Positions 1 through 8,145 of a stretch of 64,000 bases of DNA are shown here, in pieces (within the stretch, counting starts at the first letter, position 1; each line of letters starts with the position of its first letter). The notes under the pieces are model-generated. The model did not search any database and was not told the DNA's origin. It saw only the letters and a program-made list of their open reading frames with translations. Source of the DNA: an uncultured Planctomycetota bacterium (GTDB taxonomy: Bacteria; Planctomycetota; Planctomycetia; Isosphaerales; Isosphaeraceae); contig CAWGMQ010000007.1 of the NCBI GenBank assembly GCA_963823665.1, positions 960,001-1,024,000 on the forward strand, in the 5' to 3' direction. The translations under genes and the position numbers were made by a program.

Positions 1-444
1 GCCATCGGACCGTCCCAAACCGGAAGGCAGACCCACACGAACTCCACCAGGGACTTTCGACCTGCTGGCGTTCACCCATTACTGGGGTCGCTCCCGGCAG
101 GGTCGCTGGGTGGTGAAGCGCAAGACGTCCAAAAGTCGATTTCGCCGCAGCCTGCGAACGTTGGCGGATTGGTGTCGCAAAAATCGCCATCAACCGCTCA
201 AGGTGCAGCACCGGATACTAGGTCAGAAACTGCTAGGCCACTATGCCTACTACGGAATCACCGGCAACTCCAAAATGTTGTCACGGTTTCGCAGTGGTGC
301 CACCTGGCTCTGGCAGCACTGGCTGTCGCGCCGCGGCGCGGCCGTCGGATGACGTGGGATCGGTTCGCTCGTTTCCTGAAGCATAAACCGCTTCCGGCAG
401 CGATCGCGATCCACTCGGTATGCCGTCTCGTAGCGAACAAGTGA
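1..444 (+). CDS. ltrA: Group II intron reverse transcriptase/maturase, C-terminal part (5' end outside the window; frameshift near 335)
   Basis: Frame 2 from the window start reads PGTFDLLAFTHYWGRSRQGRWVVKRKTSKSR...KLLGHYAYYGITGN...WLSRR, then MTWDRF...PLP in the 169..444 frame. This matches the RT7/maturase X-domain pattern, and DV/DVI follow immediately. Confidence 0.9.
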   Translation, partial: AIGPSQTGRQTHTNSTRDFRPAGVHPLLGSLPAGSLGGEAQDVQKSISPQPANVGGLVSQKSPSTAQGAAPDTRSETARPLCLLRNHRQLQNVVTVSQWCHLALAALAVAPRRGRRMTWDRFARFLKHKPLPAAIAIHSVCRLVANK

Positions 445-450
445 CATGAC

Positions 451-524
451 GAGCCGGGTGCCTGAATTGGGCAAGCCCGGATCTGTGGGAGCCTTGGGGG
501 AGCGATCCCCCAAGGCGACCCGGC
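451..524 (+). ncRNA. Group II intron domains V and VI (3' end of the intron RNA)
   Basis: DV-like hairpin GAGCCGGGTGCCTGAATTGGGCAAGCCCGGATC with the AGC triad, then a DVI stem CCTTGGGGG-AGCGAT-CCCCCAAGG and GACCCGGC, 6 nt after the maturase stop. Confidence 0.88.
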
Positions 525-897
525 GCCTTCCCTTGTTAACATCAATCTTTGCGGTTTCCCTCATCACTTAACATGCAAGAAGTATGCCCCCAAAAGATCG
601 TCGATCTCACGCACCTGTTGCAAGACTTCGTTTGCAGTTGGGAGTCGACCTAGAAGTTGAAATCGAATACGAAATAGGGTCCAAAGATCATTTATCTTAT
701 CATGAACGTTCCCCGCAACGGCAACTAGATTGCCTGGGTTGTTGTATTCCCGCGAGGAAGACCTGTTCGCTGCCCTCGATAAAGCAATCGCGCAGAGGTC
801 GAAAGAGGTGGGAGCCACGGACAGTTGATACGCCAGATCGTCCTGAGAAAGCCCCGCTCGATCGCTCGGCTCATGCCGATCGCCGGCTTAATCCGTT

Positions 898-919
898 GAT
901 GGGTGTCTGGAATCCCTTG
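898..919 (+). repeat. RAYT-associated end motif copy (GATGGGTGTCTGGAATCCCTTG)
   Basis: 20/22 identical to 2720-2741; related to motifs at 2587, 5831, 6035 and 7725. Confidence 0.7.
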
Positions 920-939
920 AAGCTCACGACTGTGCCGGA

Positions 940-1744
940 TTATCGCTTGCGCTTGCGAGCGCGAAGACGCCCCGCATCACGAAGAAGTTGCGCTGTCCAA
1001 CGTGCCGCGGCCGGCGGTAGGGGCGGTTGCGGAGCTTGAGTGTAATCGATGTCGTCGTAGCCGCCATTCTGATAGCACTGCTCAATTAGAGCTTGCAAGT
1101 CGAGCGGAACGTCGGAGTCAGTCGCCCGCAATGGCACTTTGATCGTGGGCAGCCGATCGGACAGGGCGATGGGGTGGTACTCTGCCTGCAAGCGCCGCCC
1201 GCCCCGGCGCACAACCACCCGATACTCGGTAAGCACATTCGGCTCAATCGCATCCATCGGCAGTGCGACGACCCAGTCGCCCCCACGCAACAAGTCGATC
1301 TCCACGAGATTCACACCCGCCAGACGGAGCTCCTGCTGCTTCCGTAAGTACTGTTCTTGGCCGTCGCCGGGCCTTTTGTTTGAAGGACTCAAGACCTCCA
1401 AGACGGTCACGAGTCGCGAATCGGACGAGACTTCTCGTATCTCGAGGAACCGCTGAGTCTCGGGCTCATCGGCCAGCTCGATCACGAGCGGCTGGGCAAC
1501 GGCTATGCTGCCGGCGCGTCCGGCCGCTCGCCTCGATGTGCGCTCCGTTTCGATGACGCGCACGTCGGGGAAGAGCGAGCGGGGGCGGTCAAACAGCGAA
1601 ACAACCACTCGCTCTTCAACCCTGGCGCAAATACCTGGGCAGCAGCGTTTGCAACCGGTCGCGCGCATATGTTACCAAACTGGTGTGAACATCACCCCAG
1701 TATCGCTCCAGGTAAGGGTCCATACCGGGAAAGGGACTGGGCAC
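940..1744 (-). CDS. DUF4058 family protein (frameshift near 1625)
   Basis: N-terminus (GTG) MPSPFPGMDPYLE..WGDVH; body FPDV, FLEIRE...LVTVLEVLSPSNK...YLRKQQE...NLVEIDLLRGG...LPTIKVPLRATDSDVPLDLQ...IDY..PPQPPL. Confidence 0.9.
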
Positions 1745-2084
1745 TTGAATCCTCACGGAAACCGCTGATACGAAACGAGCGAACACACGATTTGACCCCT
1801 CGTGGGCGAATTGTGCCCAGTCGGAAGTGACGGGAGCGTCGCCGCAAACCGATCACACCAGAGCATTCGAACCATTGTTGAGTACCTCTGGCAAGCATCC
1901 GGCCGAGCACCGCTCGTACCAACCAGATTCTAAGCGAGTTTAGCACGTATTGCCAACGCTGGTGCCCAGATCGTTGGCAAGAAGATGTGACGGACTGCGA
2001 GCTCCGAGTTCCTCACCCGAATCCGCCGACCAAACCGACGACAAGCTCGAAGCACGATGCGTGTCCTGGCCCTTCTGGACCGGG

Positions 2085-2345
2085 TTAGAACTTCGGGGCC
2101 GCCTCGACCCGGACCAGGACATCCAGGCTCACCGCCTGGCACACCCGGGTCCCGTCCCAGCGCACGTAGACCATGCCCGCGCGAGGCCCGTCTGGCCGGG
2201 CAAGCCCGACCACGGTCCCGGGCCGTTCGGCGGTGCGGCCGTGGCGCGAGCTGGTCGCGAATGCGGCCAGGTCCAGGGTTACGCGGTCGCCTCTGTCGAA
2301 CATGGGCGGGGTCCTGGGCTGCGTTAGCGTTTGGGAGAGCGGCAT
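2085..2345 (-). CDS. Small hypothetical protein, possibly an SH3-like barrel
   Basis: ORF MPLSQ...FDRGDRVTL...PGTVVG...GMVYVRWDG; the pattern resembles small beta-barrel (DUF4314-like) proteins but was not verified. Confidence 0.45.
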   Translation of the reverse strand: MPLSQTLTQPRTPPMFDRGDRVTLDLAAFATSSRHGRTAERPGTVVGLARPDGPRAGMVYVRWDGTRVCQAVSLDVLVRVEAAPKF

Positions 2346-2384
2346 CTGCTTCGCAGTGATGTCCCTGAAGACGAAAGGTGTTAG

Positions 2385-2590
2385 GATCCATCTCAAGCGC
2401 GTGCATTCTCATGCCTACCTCAGGTTTATCGGCTATAAATGGCATTTCCGTGAGTGCCGAAAGAGCCAAGAGGTGATTTCCATAATCTGGGTGGCCAGCT
2501 TGAATGTGCCGAAGTTCATGGCCGAGCAGAAAGATCATGCAATCCCATGCGAGATACTCGGTCACGAGTTGACGAACGGCGTCAGTAGGG
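2385..2590 (-). pseudogene. Internal fragment of an HExxH metallopeptidase-like gene
   Basis: Lower-GC ~200-bp piece reading ...CMIFLLGHELRHIQAGH...HALEMD, with no start or stop of its own and bounded on both sides by GACACC-like motifs. Confidence 0.5.
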
Positions 2591-2741
2591 ATGTCAGACA
2601 CCCACCGTTTGCCGAGTGTCGGGCACTGGCCTTCTGCGTGTTCGAAATGACCAGAAGCCGTGGTTTTGCACCGAACGAGCGAGCCGCGAATGAGTGGATG
2701 CGGAGGACCGTGACAAAAGGATGGGTGACTGGATTCCCTTG
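2587..2741. mobile_element. ~155-bp non-autonomous mini-element with imperfect inverted ends
   Basis: Left end AGGGATGTCAGACACCCA, right end TGGGTGACTGGATTCCCT (14/18 inverted match); same end motif as the RAYT-like element at 5831-7744. Confidence 0.6.
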
Positions 2742-3024
2742 CTCGCAAGCCTCGTCAAACTTGCCCCCCATCGCATCAAGAACCGCGAGATCATTCTGAA
2801 CGAGCGCCCGAAGCCGGGGGTTCGTGCCCCTCGCAAAACCGCGCCAGCCGCAGATACGCTGCCCGAGCGTCATCATATCGCCCCTCGCGCGCCAGCTCGC
2901 AAGCCTTCCAATACCCAGCCGGCAGGCCATTCCTGGCACGGCCCGCCTCGCCATCGCCCTTGGCCACCCGCGGCTCCTTCGCCTTCTTCTCACCCCGCCC
3001 AGATGCCTTCCCGCGCTTAGACAT
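2742..3024 (-). pseudogene. 5' part of a TPR-like protein gene, truncated at the end motif (frameshift near 2830)
   Basis: MSKRGK...YWKACELAREGRYDDARAAYLRL.../...LRALVQNDLAVLDAMGGKFDEA runs straight into CAAGGGAATCCAGTCACCCA. Confidence 0.55.
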
Positions 3025-3216
3025 CGCCGCCCCCGACCAACTCTGGATTCTAGGTTGCCGAGCTCAAGCTGCGATTCGGTCCGACTCCGTGGCGCCTTCG
3101 TGATCCCCTTCGGCATCGCCCGGGTCAGCGACGATTCAGACCCAGCTCGGCCCGCGCTCGACCCGCTCCTCTCCTTCGCCCGAATTCATTCGTGAAGATT
3201 CGTGCCATTCGTGGTC

Positions 3217-3464
3217 AACCAGCATTTCATACCCGCACATTCCCGACGCCCTCGCACCTTCCTCGCCCGTGTCATCTCATCTGCGTCCCATCGGCGTCAT
3301 CTGCGGACAAATCTCCGGTCCCTCGTCGTTCCCCTATCTCCGTTCAACGCGATCCGTGATTAACCAGCATTTCATACCCGCACCTTTCCGACGCCCGCGC
3401 ATCTTCCTCGTCTTTGTGATCTTATCTGCGTCCCATCGGCGTCATCTGCGGATAAATCTCCGGT
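3217..3464. repeat. Two ~103-bp direct repeats (3217-3319, 3362-3464) containing ATCTGCGTCCCATCGGCGTCATCTGCGG
   Basis: Direct comparison of the copies; preceded by an ATTCGTG x3 repeat at 3188-3213. Confidence 0.85.
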
Positions 3465-3519
3465 TCGCCCATCGCTTTCCCATCCCCGTCTAACAAATGA
3501 TCCGCCATCGTCCGTTCGC

Positions 3520-3903
3520 TCAAGTCGGTCCATTCGGTGGAGCAGGCCAGTGCGCCAGCGCATCCTTGAGCGCCCCGATCGCCAGTGCCGGGCAATGCAG
3601 CTTATCCGGCGGCACGCCATCCAGCGCCTCGATCAGATTCTCGACCGTCAAGTCCCGGCATTCCGCGATCGATTTCCCATTGATCATCTCCGTCAGCATT
3701 GATCCACTCGCGGTCGTCGGCCCGCAACCCACTGTGTGGTACTTCGCAGCCGCGATTCGCTCGTCCTCAATCCTCAAATAAACGATCATGAACGCCCCGC
3801 GGCCTGGCGCACCAGCATGGCCGGTCAGGTCGGGGTTCTCGATCGCCCCGCCGTTGCGAGGGGCCATCACGTGCTCAGTGAGCCTGTCGGAGTACTTCCC
3901 CAT
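3520..3903 (-). CDS. IscU/NifU-N family Fe-S scaffold-like protein (atypical)
   Basis: YSDRLTEHVMAPRNGG...VGCGPTTASGSMLTEMINGKSI...LDGVPPDKLHCPALAIGAL; the CGD motif is missing. Confidence 0.88.
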   Translation of the reverse strand: MGKYSDRLTEHVMAPRNGGAIENPDLTGHAGAPGRGAFMIVYLRIEDERIAAAKYHTVGCGPTTASGSMLTEMINGKSIAECRDLTVENLIEALDGVPPDKLHCPALAIGALKDALAHWPAPPNGPT

Positions 3904-4022
3904 GTTCGGCGCTCACGCACCGGGACCCTTGAACCCAAGCCTCGTCGAATTATGTTGAAAAGACGTCTGACCGCCTGAACGGCCATTGCGCCGCCGGGCC
4001 GCCGGGGCCGACAGAGCCGTCC

Positions 4023-4364
4023 TCAGCCCTCTCGCTGCTCGCGCCATCGGTACACATGCACCGGCCGGCCGTCTTTGGACGCCGCCCGCAGTTCGCCGGT
4101 CTGGGGATCGGGCTCGACCACAAGATAGCGCACGGGGTTGTCGCGGAACAGCTCGGTCGTACCGTCCGGCTGGGTGACGACGTACAGGCCCCTGGTGCGG
4201 TCGTGGTCGAAAGAAAAATGCCTGGGAGCTTCTCGAACCTCGTAGGTGCATGTGACCACTCCGGGCGTCGCCTCGTAGCAGACAGGATCCGGCCATCTTG
4301 CCGGCGCGTCGGCCCCGCCTGGATCCATGGGCCGACGGCCTTCGGCGTCAAATTCGGAATTCAT
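4023..4364 (-). CDS. Hypothetical protein upstream of IscU
   Basis: ATG preceded by GGAGG; plausible composition; co-oriented with the IscU-like gene. Confidence 0.6.
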   Translation of the reverse strand: MNSEFDAEGRRPMDPGGADAPARWPDPVCYEATPGVVTCTYEVREAPRHFSFDHDRTRGLYVVTQPDGTTELFRDNPVRYLVVEPDPQTGELRAASKDGRPVHVYRWREQREG

Positions 4365-4594
4365 TGCGGGCACCTCCAGAGAAACGGGTCAACGGAACGA
4401 GTGTGAAAAAGAAACGTCGCGCTAACACTCTCTTCCTGGCTGAGGGGAACAGGGACGCGGGAGCGAAACAAAGACGCGATCATTTCGTCTATGAATCTGA
4501 CTGCCGGCTGGAATCCGCGTAATTAGATTGTCGCCTCGGTCGCCGATTCGCTCGCTTTCCGCGGGCGGCCTTCAGGAGAAACGGTCTGCTCCAG

Positions 4595-4742
4595 GGCGAG
4601 ATGTTGCCGCAGGTGAGCCTCATCATCACACGCTCGAACGCCTCAAAGTCGGACTCCTTGTGGAACATACGCATCTCGCCGACGGATCGGTTCAGGACGT
4701 CATAGACAGACCCCCAGGTGCTACTCTCGCCGTTCTTGGCAT
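4595..4742 (-). pseudogene. N-terminal remnant of a REP-associated tyrosine transposase (RAYT/Y1)
   Basis: MPRTARVAPGG/VYDVLNRSVGEMRMFHKESDFEAFERVM matches the usual RAYT N-terminus (MPRxxR...YHVxNRG...F..D.DF..F); frameshifted and truncated before the HUH motif. Confidence 0.75.
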
Positions 4743-4807
4743 GACAACATCCGCCTGCAGAACTGACGGGTTCCGTCAATACTAATCGAGTCGCTGTTTC
4801 CGTCCGA

Positions 4808-5577
4808 TTAAAGGAGATTGTTGCCCACGTAGGCCCTTATCTGGATTCCAGGTATCGCATCAAGAAGGGCCCTTACTCCGGCTTCAGTCACACGCGTCTC
4901 CGTTACGTCTAGGGTCCGCAGGTTGCTGAGAACCCCTCAAATGGAGCAGACCTGCATCGCTGACCTCAGTGTCGCTGAGGTCTAGCTCGCGGAGATTAGT
5001 CAGTCCCTTCAGGTGCACCAATCCCGAATCCTTGATTCTGGCCGAGAACCAGAACGAGCTGTTGCAGTTGGGTCAATCCACGCAGATGAATCAAGCCCGC
5101 GTCAGTGACGTTGCTCCCATAAAGCAGAATCCGTTGCAGACTCGTCAGCCTATTCAGATGAACGAGGCCGGCGTCCGAAACCGACGACGCCCTGATTTTC
5201 AACTCGACTAATCCGGTCAGTCGACCGACAGGGATCATATCGTTGTCGGTAAACGTGAGCGAATGAGTTAGCCATCCCATCTGCTCAACGGCCACGGCGG
5301 TGTCGAAGTAGTCGACTCCAAGTGCATTGATTAGCCATCGTGGAGCCCGAGACTCGCTGATCCAACTGCGTGAGGCAGTCCCCTTTTTGTACTGCCATCC
5401 GTACCAGACACTGCCATCGGCTCTCCGGATCGCATCTACCGCGTCGCGCTGGACTCGGGCACAATGGACCATCCACCCAAACCCGCCCCCCAGTATCAGA
5501 ACGAGCAGAACGAACGCGCCGATGCTGATCTGGAAGTAACTTCGCCAGTAACCAGTCGCCTGCTGCGCGCGCATCAT
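4808..5577 (-). CDS. Membrane-anchored leucine-rich repeat protein (frameshifts near 5040 and 4940)
   Basis: N-terminal TM helix (FQISIGAFVLLVLILGGGFGW), QRDAVDAI..G motif and repeated VSDAGLVHL.RLT.L..L units. Confidence 0.85.
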
Positions 5578-5815
5578 ACCGCCTTCACTGACCACTAAAT
5601 CACAGTTTCGGGGACGCTCTGCTTACTTGGACGGCCGTCGGCTCGGTCCGCGTTTGTGCCGTTTGACGGTTGTGTTCAGTATTCTTCGGGCCAGGCCAGA
5701 AAGATTACTTGGTCGTGCACTCTGCCCGTTTGTTGGTGACCACGCATCAGTTCCACTTCTACCTCCGGAATGACGATCGCAACGAAGACAAACCGGTGGG
5801 CGCTAAGTCGAAGAG

Positions 5816-5840
5816 AGGGACTCAGGGACTCAAGGGACTC
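5816..5840 (+). repeat. AGGGACTC x3 micro-array abutting the element end
   Basis: Copies at 5816-5823, 5824-5831 and 5833-5840, directly before AGACACCCA. Confidence 0.85.
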
Positions 5841-6227
5841 AGACACCCACTCACTGGAGTGGGTTCCGGGGAAGGCGGACGCAGGTGAGTGGCACCGATT
5901 CGCGTACCTCGGTTGCTGGGTGACCCGCGGCCCTTCGCGGCCGACGCCGCGCACAGTAGGCAATGTACCACGCTCAGTCAGCGATCGTACGCGCTTGGGT
6001 AGGTTGCCGGCCACTGCACGCGTCGAAGATGCAAAGACACCCACTCACTGGAGTGGGTTCCGGGGAAGGCGGACGCAAGTGAGTGGCACCGCTTCAGGTA
6101 CCGCGATTGCTGGGTGACTCGCGGCCCCTCGCGGCCAACGCCGCGCACAGCAGACGCTGACCACGCTCGGTCAGCGATCGTATGCGCCTTGGTAGGTCGC
6201 CGGCGCTTGCATGTGTCGGTGCTGCGA
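5841..6227. repeat. Two tandem ~194-bp structured repeats (5841-6034, 6035-6227) downstream of the RAYT-like gene
   Basis: First 43 nt identical, remainder diverged; each copy begins with GACACCCA plus the hairpin ACCCACTC-ACTG-GAGTGGGT and contains TGGGTGAC (5917, 6111). Confidence 0.9.
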
Positions 6228-6363
6228 ACCGATCGATATCGACGGCGGTGCTTCTTCGCTTGCCGCGCCGCGCAGGGAACGAGGCTCGCCGACCTCGAAT
6301 TCAATTGAATTCCGGGTCCGTTGCACCGACTGGCGCTCGGGAGAGAGCGAGCGAGCCTCTTAC

Positions 6364-7580
6364 CTACAAAAACGCGAGTTGAGCGGCCGCCTTGCCCTGA
6401 AACCAGCGCCGTGAGCAACGCAGTGCAGCACGTATAAGCGAACTCGCTCGACCTGCCGCTTGCTTGAACATGCGACCGAAGTCGCGCACCGTCTCCACCC
6501 AATTCGTTCGATCCACTCCCAGCCGGTCCAGAATGGGAGCCAGGTCTTCCGCAATTGCCCCGCGCTTGTCCCGCCTGATTTCCCGGCCCGTCGATCGAGC
6601 AGCATGACGTACTTTCTGGTCTCGATCGGCAGAAATCCTTGATTCGACGCCCGCACAGGGAGCGGCCGTTTTGACGCCGCCTGGAGCGGCACGGCCGAAA
6701 ACGTGGCTGAAGAACCAGCAGGTGCCCGACGCCCCGCAGCATCGACATGGTCACCCGCGATCGGTTCGCACGCCTCAACCGTTTCTGAGGATGCAGCCGG
6801 CGAGCCTTCGGCCTGCCTGGTTATGGGAACGACCTCGTTCTCCCGCAACGTCAGTTCGCACAGCCAGGGACCCGCGCGATTGGAAGTTTCAGTTGAGCCT
6901 TCCTCGCGCGATGAACACAATCCACCCGGAGCGCCGACCAGGTCCAGAATGCGGTCAGCCCCCGACGTGAATTGCGATTTCTCCGGCGTAGTGGCGATTC
7001 CCGCCCGAATCGGGTTGAGATCGATATAGACGCTGCACGCCAAAAGCGCCGCCTCATCGAGCAGCGGCTGCGACTTGAAGCGGCCGGCCCAGAATCTCCC
7101 GGGCGAGTCGTCCTCGCGATTGGCCGCTCGGGCGACCCACTCGCACAAGCACCTCATGAACCACGACAGACTCGACAGCCGGCCGCGCTGAGCCGCCAGC
7201 CTCTCAGCATCGCCCATGAGCATCGCAAGGTCTTGGTCGTCGGGCTCCGCCGGCTCGCCGGTGACATCGTCACGTTGCGGACAGAGCTTGCGCCAGCGTA
7301 GTGCGACTTCGGCGTCGGACCAAAGCTCAACACTGTCGGGTCGATTGCGAAGCACCAGATGCAGGTGGTTACTCATAATGGCATAACCGCACACCTCAAC
7401 GCCGAAGAGTCCGGCGAGGTGGCGCAGCCGATCGAGAATCCACGCCTTACGGTGAGAGTAATCACGACCTGAATAGCAGTCGGTACCGCAAAGAAAAGCT
7501 CTTCGAACCCACCGAGCGATGCAGTGATAAACACCGACTTGATCCTCGTGGACGATGTCGCGGCGAGCAGAGGCTGGCAC
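6364..7580 (-). CDS. Long RAYT-like (Y1 HUH, DUF1568-type) transposase (frameshift near 6590)
   Basis: VYHCIARWVRRAFLCG, YAIMSNHLHLVL (HUH), SLSWFMRCL..ARAANRED..GRFW.GRFKSQ.LLDE.ALLACSVYIDLNPIRAG (catalytic Tyr); C-terminus in the shifted frame GREIRRDKRGAI..LAPILDRLG. Confidence 0.9.
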
Positions 7581-8145
7581 GTAAGGCTCCATCACCAGGC
7601 AGGTGTAGTACGTCAGGTGCATATCCACACGAACAGTAATGGACAAAATACCAATACTGCGGCGGTTGTCAAGCGTGTTGGGAAAAAAAGTCGACAGCAC
7701 ACACGTTCTACTCGAAGCGAACGGTGGATGTCTGGCTTTCCTTGCGCGCACTCGCACGATGCCGGTGAGCTGGTGGTCACTGCACGCGGCAACCGGCTGG
7801 TGGCACCGGCGGGGTGGGAATCTGCAAACGCGCTGGTGATTCCTGCGGCGGATTACAACGGGGGGCGGGTGCAGAACCGCAAGCTGGCGCTTTCGGATGA
7901 CGGTGCGGACGCGCGGGCGACCTCGCGCACGGCGGGCAAGAAGCCAGGGACTCGCGCGCTGAGTGGCTTGGGCGGTTCGGGGACCGCGGGCGGCTCACCG
8001 CTCGTTGAAGTCGTCAATCACCCGTCGGTTGTTCGGACGTCTCAATCAGCGTAAGCTACGTCTCTTGACCGTATCATCGTCCTGACGCGGTGAACGGGCA
8101 CGTTTCGCCCGACGCTTAACGCTTGCGGACAAACCGAGGATCTGA

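Larger units (their letters stand above)
5831..7744 (-). mobile_element. Putative autonomous HUH/Y1 (RAYT-like) element bounded by inverted ~20-nt motifs
   Basis: Left CAAGGGACTCAGACACCCA (5831-5849); right TGGATGTCTGGCTTTCCTTG (7725-7744; reverse complement CAAGGAAAGCCAGACATCCA); encloses the transposase gene. Confidence 0.6.

Noticed and set aside
1..524. Retron or DGR reverse transcriptase
   Set aside because: The maturase domain plus DV/DVI identify a group II intron; no TR/VR pair was seen.
525..830. ORFs in the lower-GC DNA after the intron
   Set aside because: No frame gives a recognisable protein; probably a degraded fragment.
5841..6227. CRISPR array
   Set aside because: Only two long units that are similar throughout; no unique spacers and no cas genes.
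7745..8100. ORFs upstream of the transposase
   Set aside because: No recognisable motifs in any frame.
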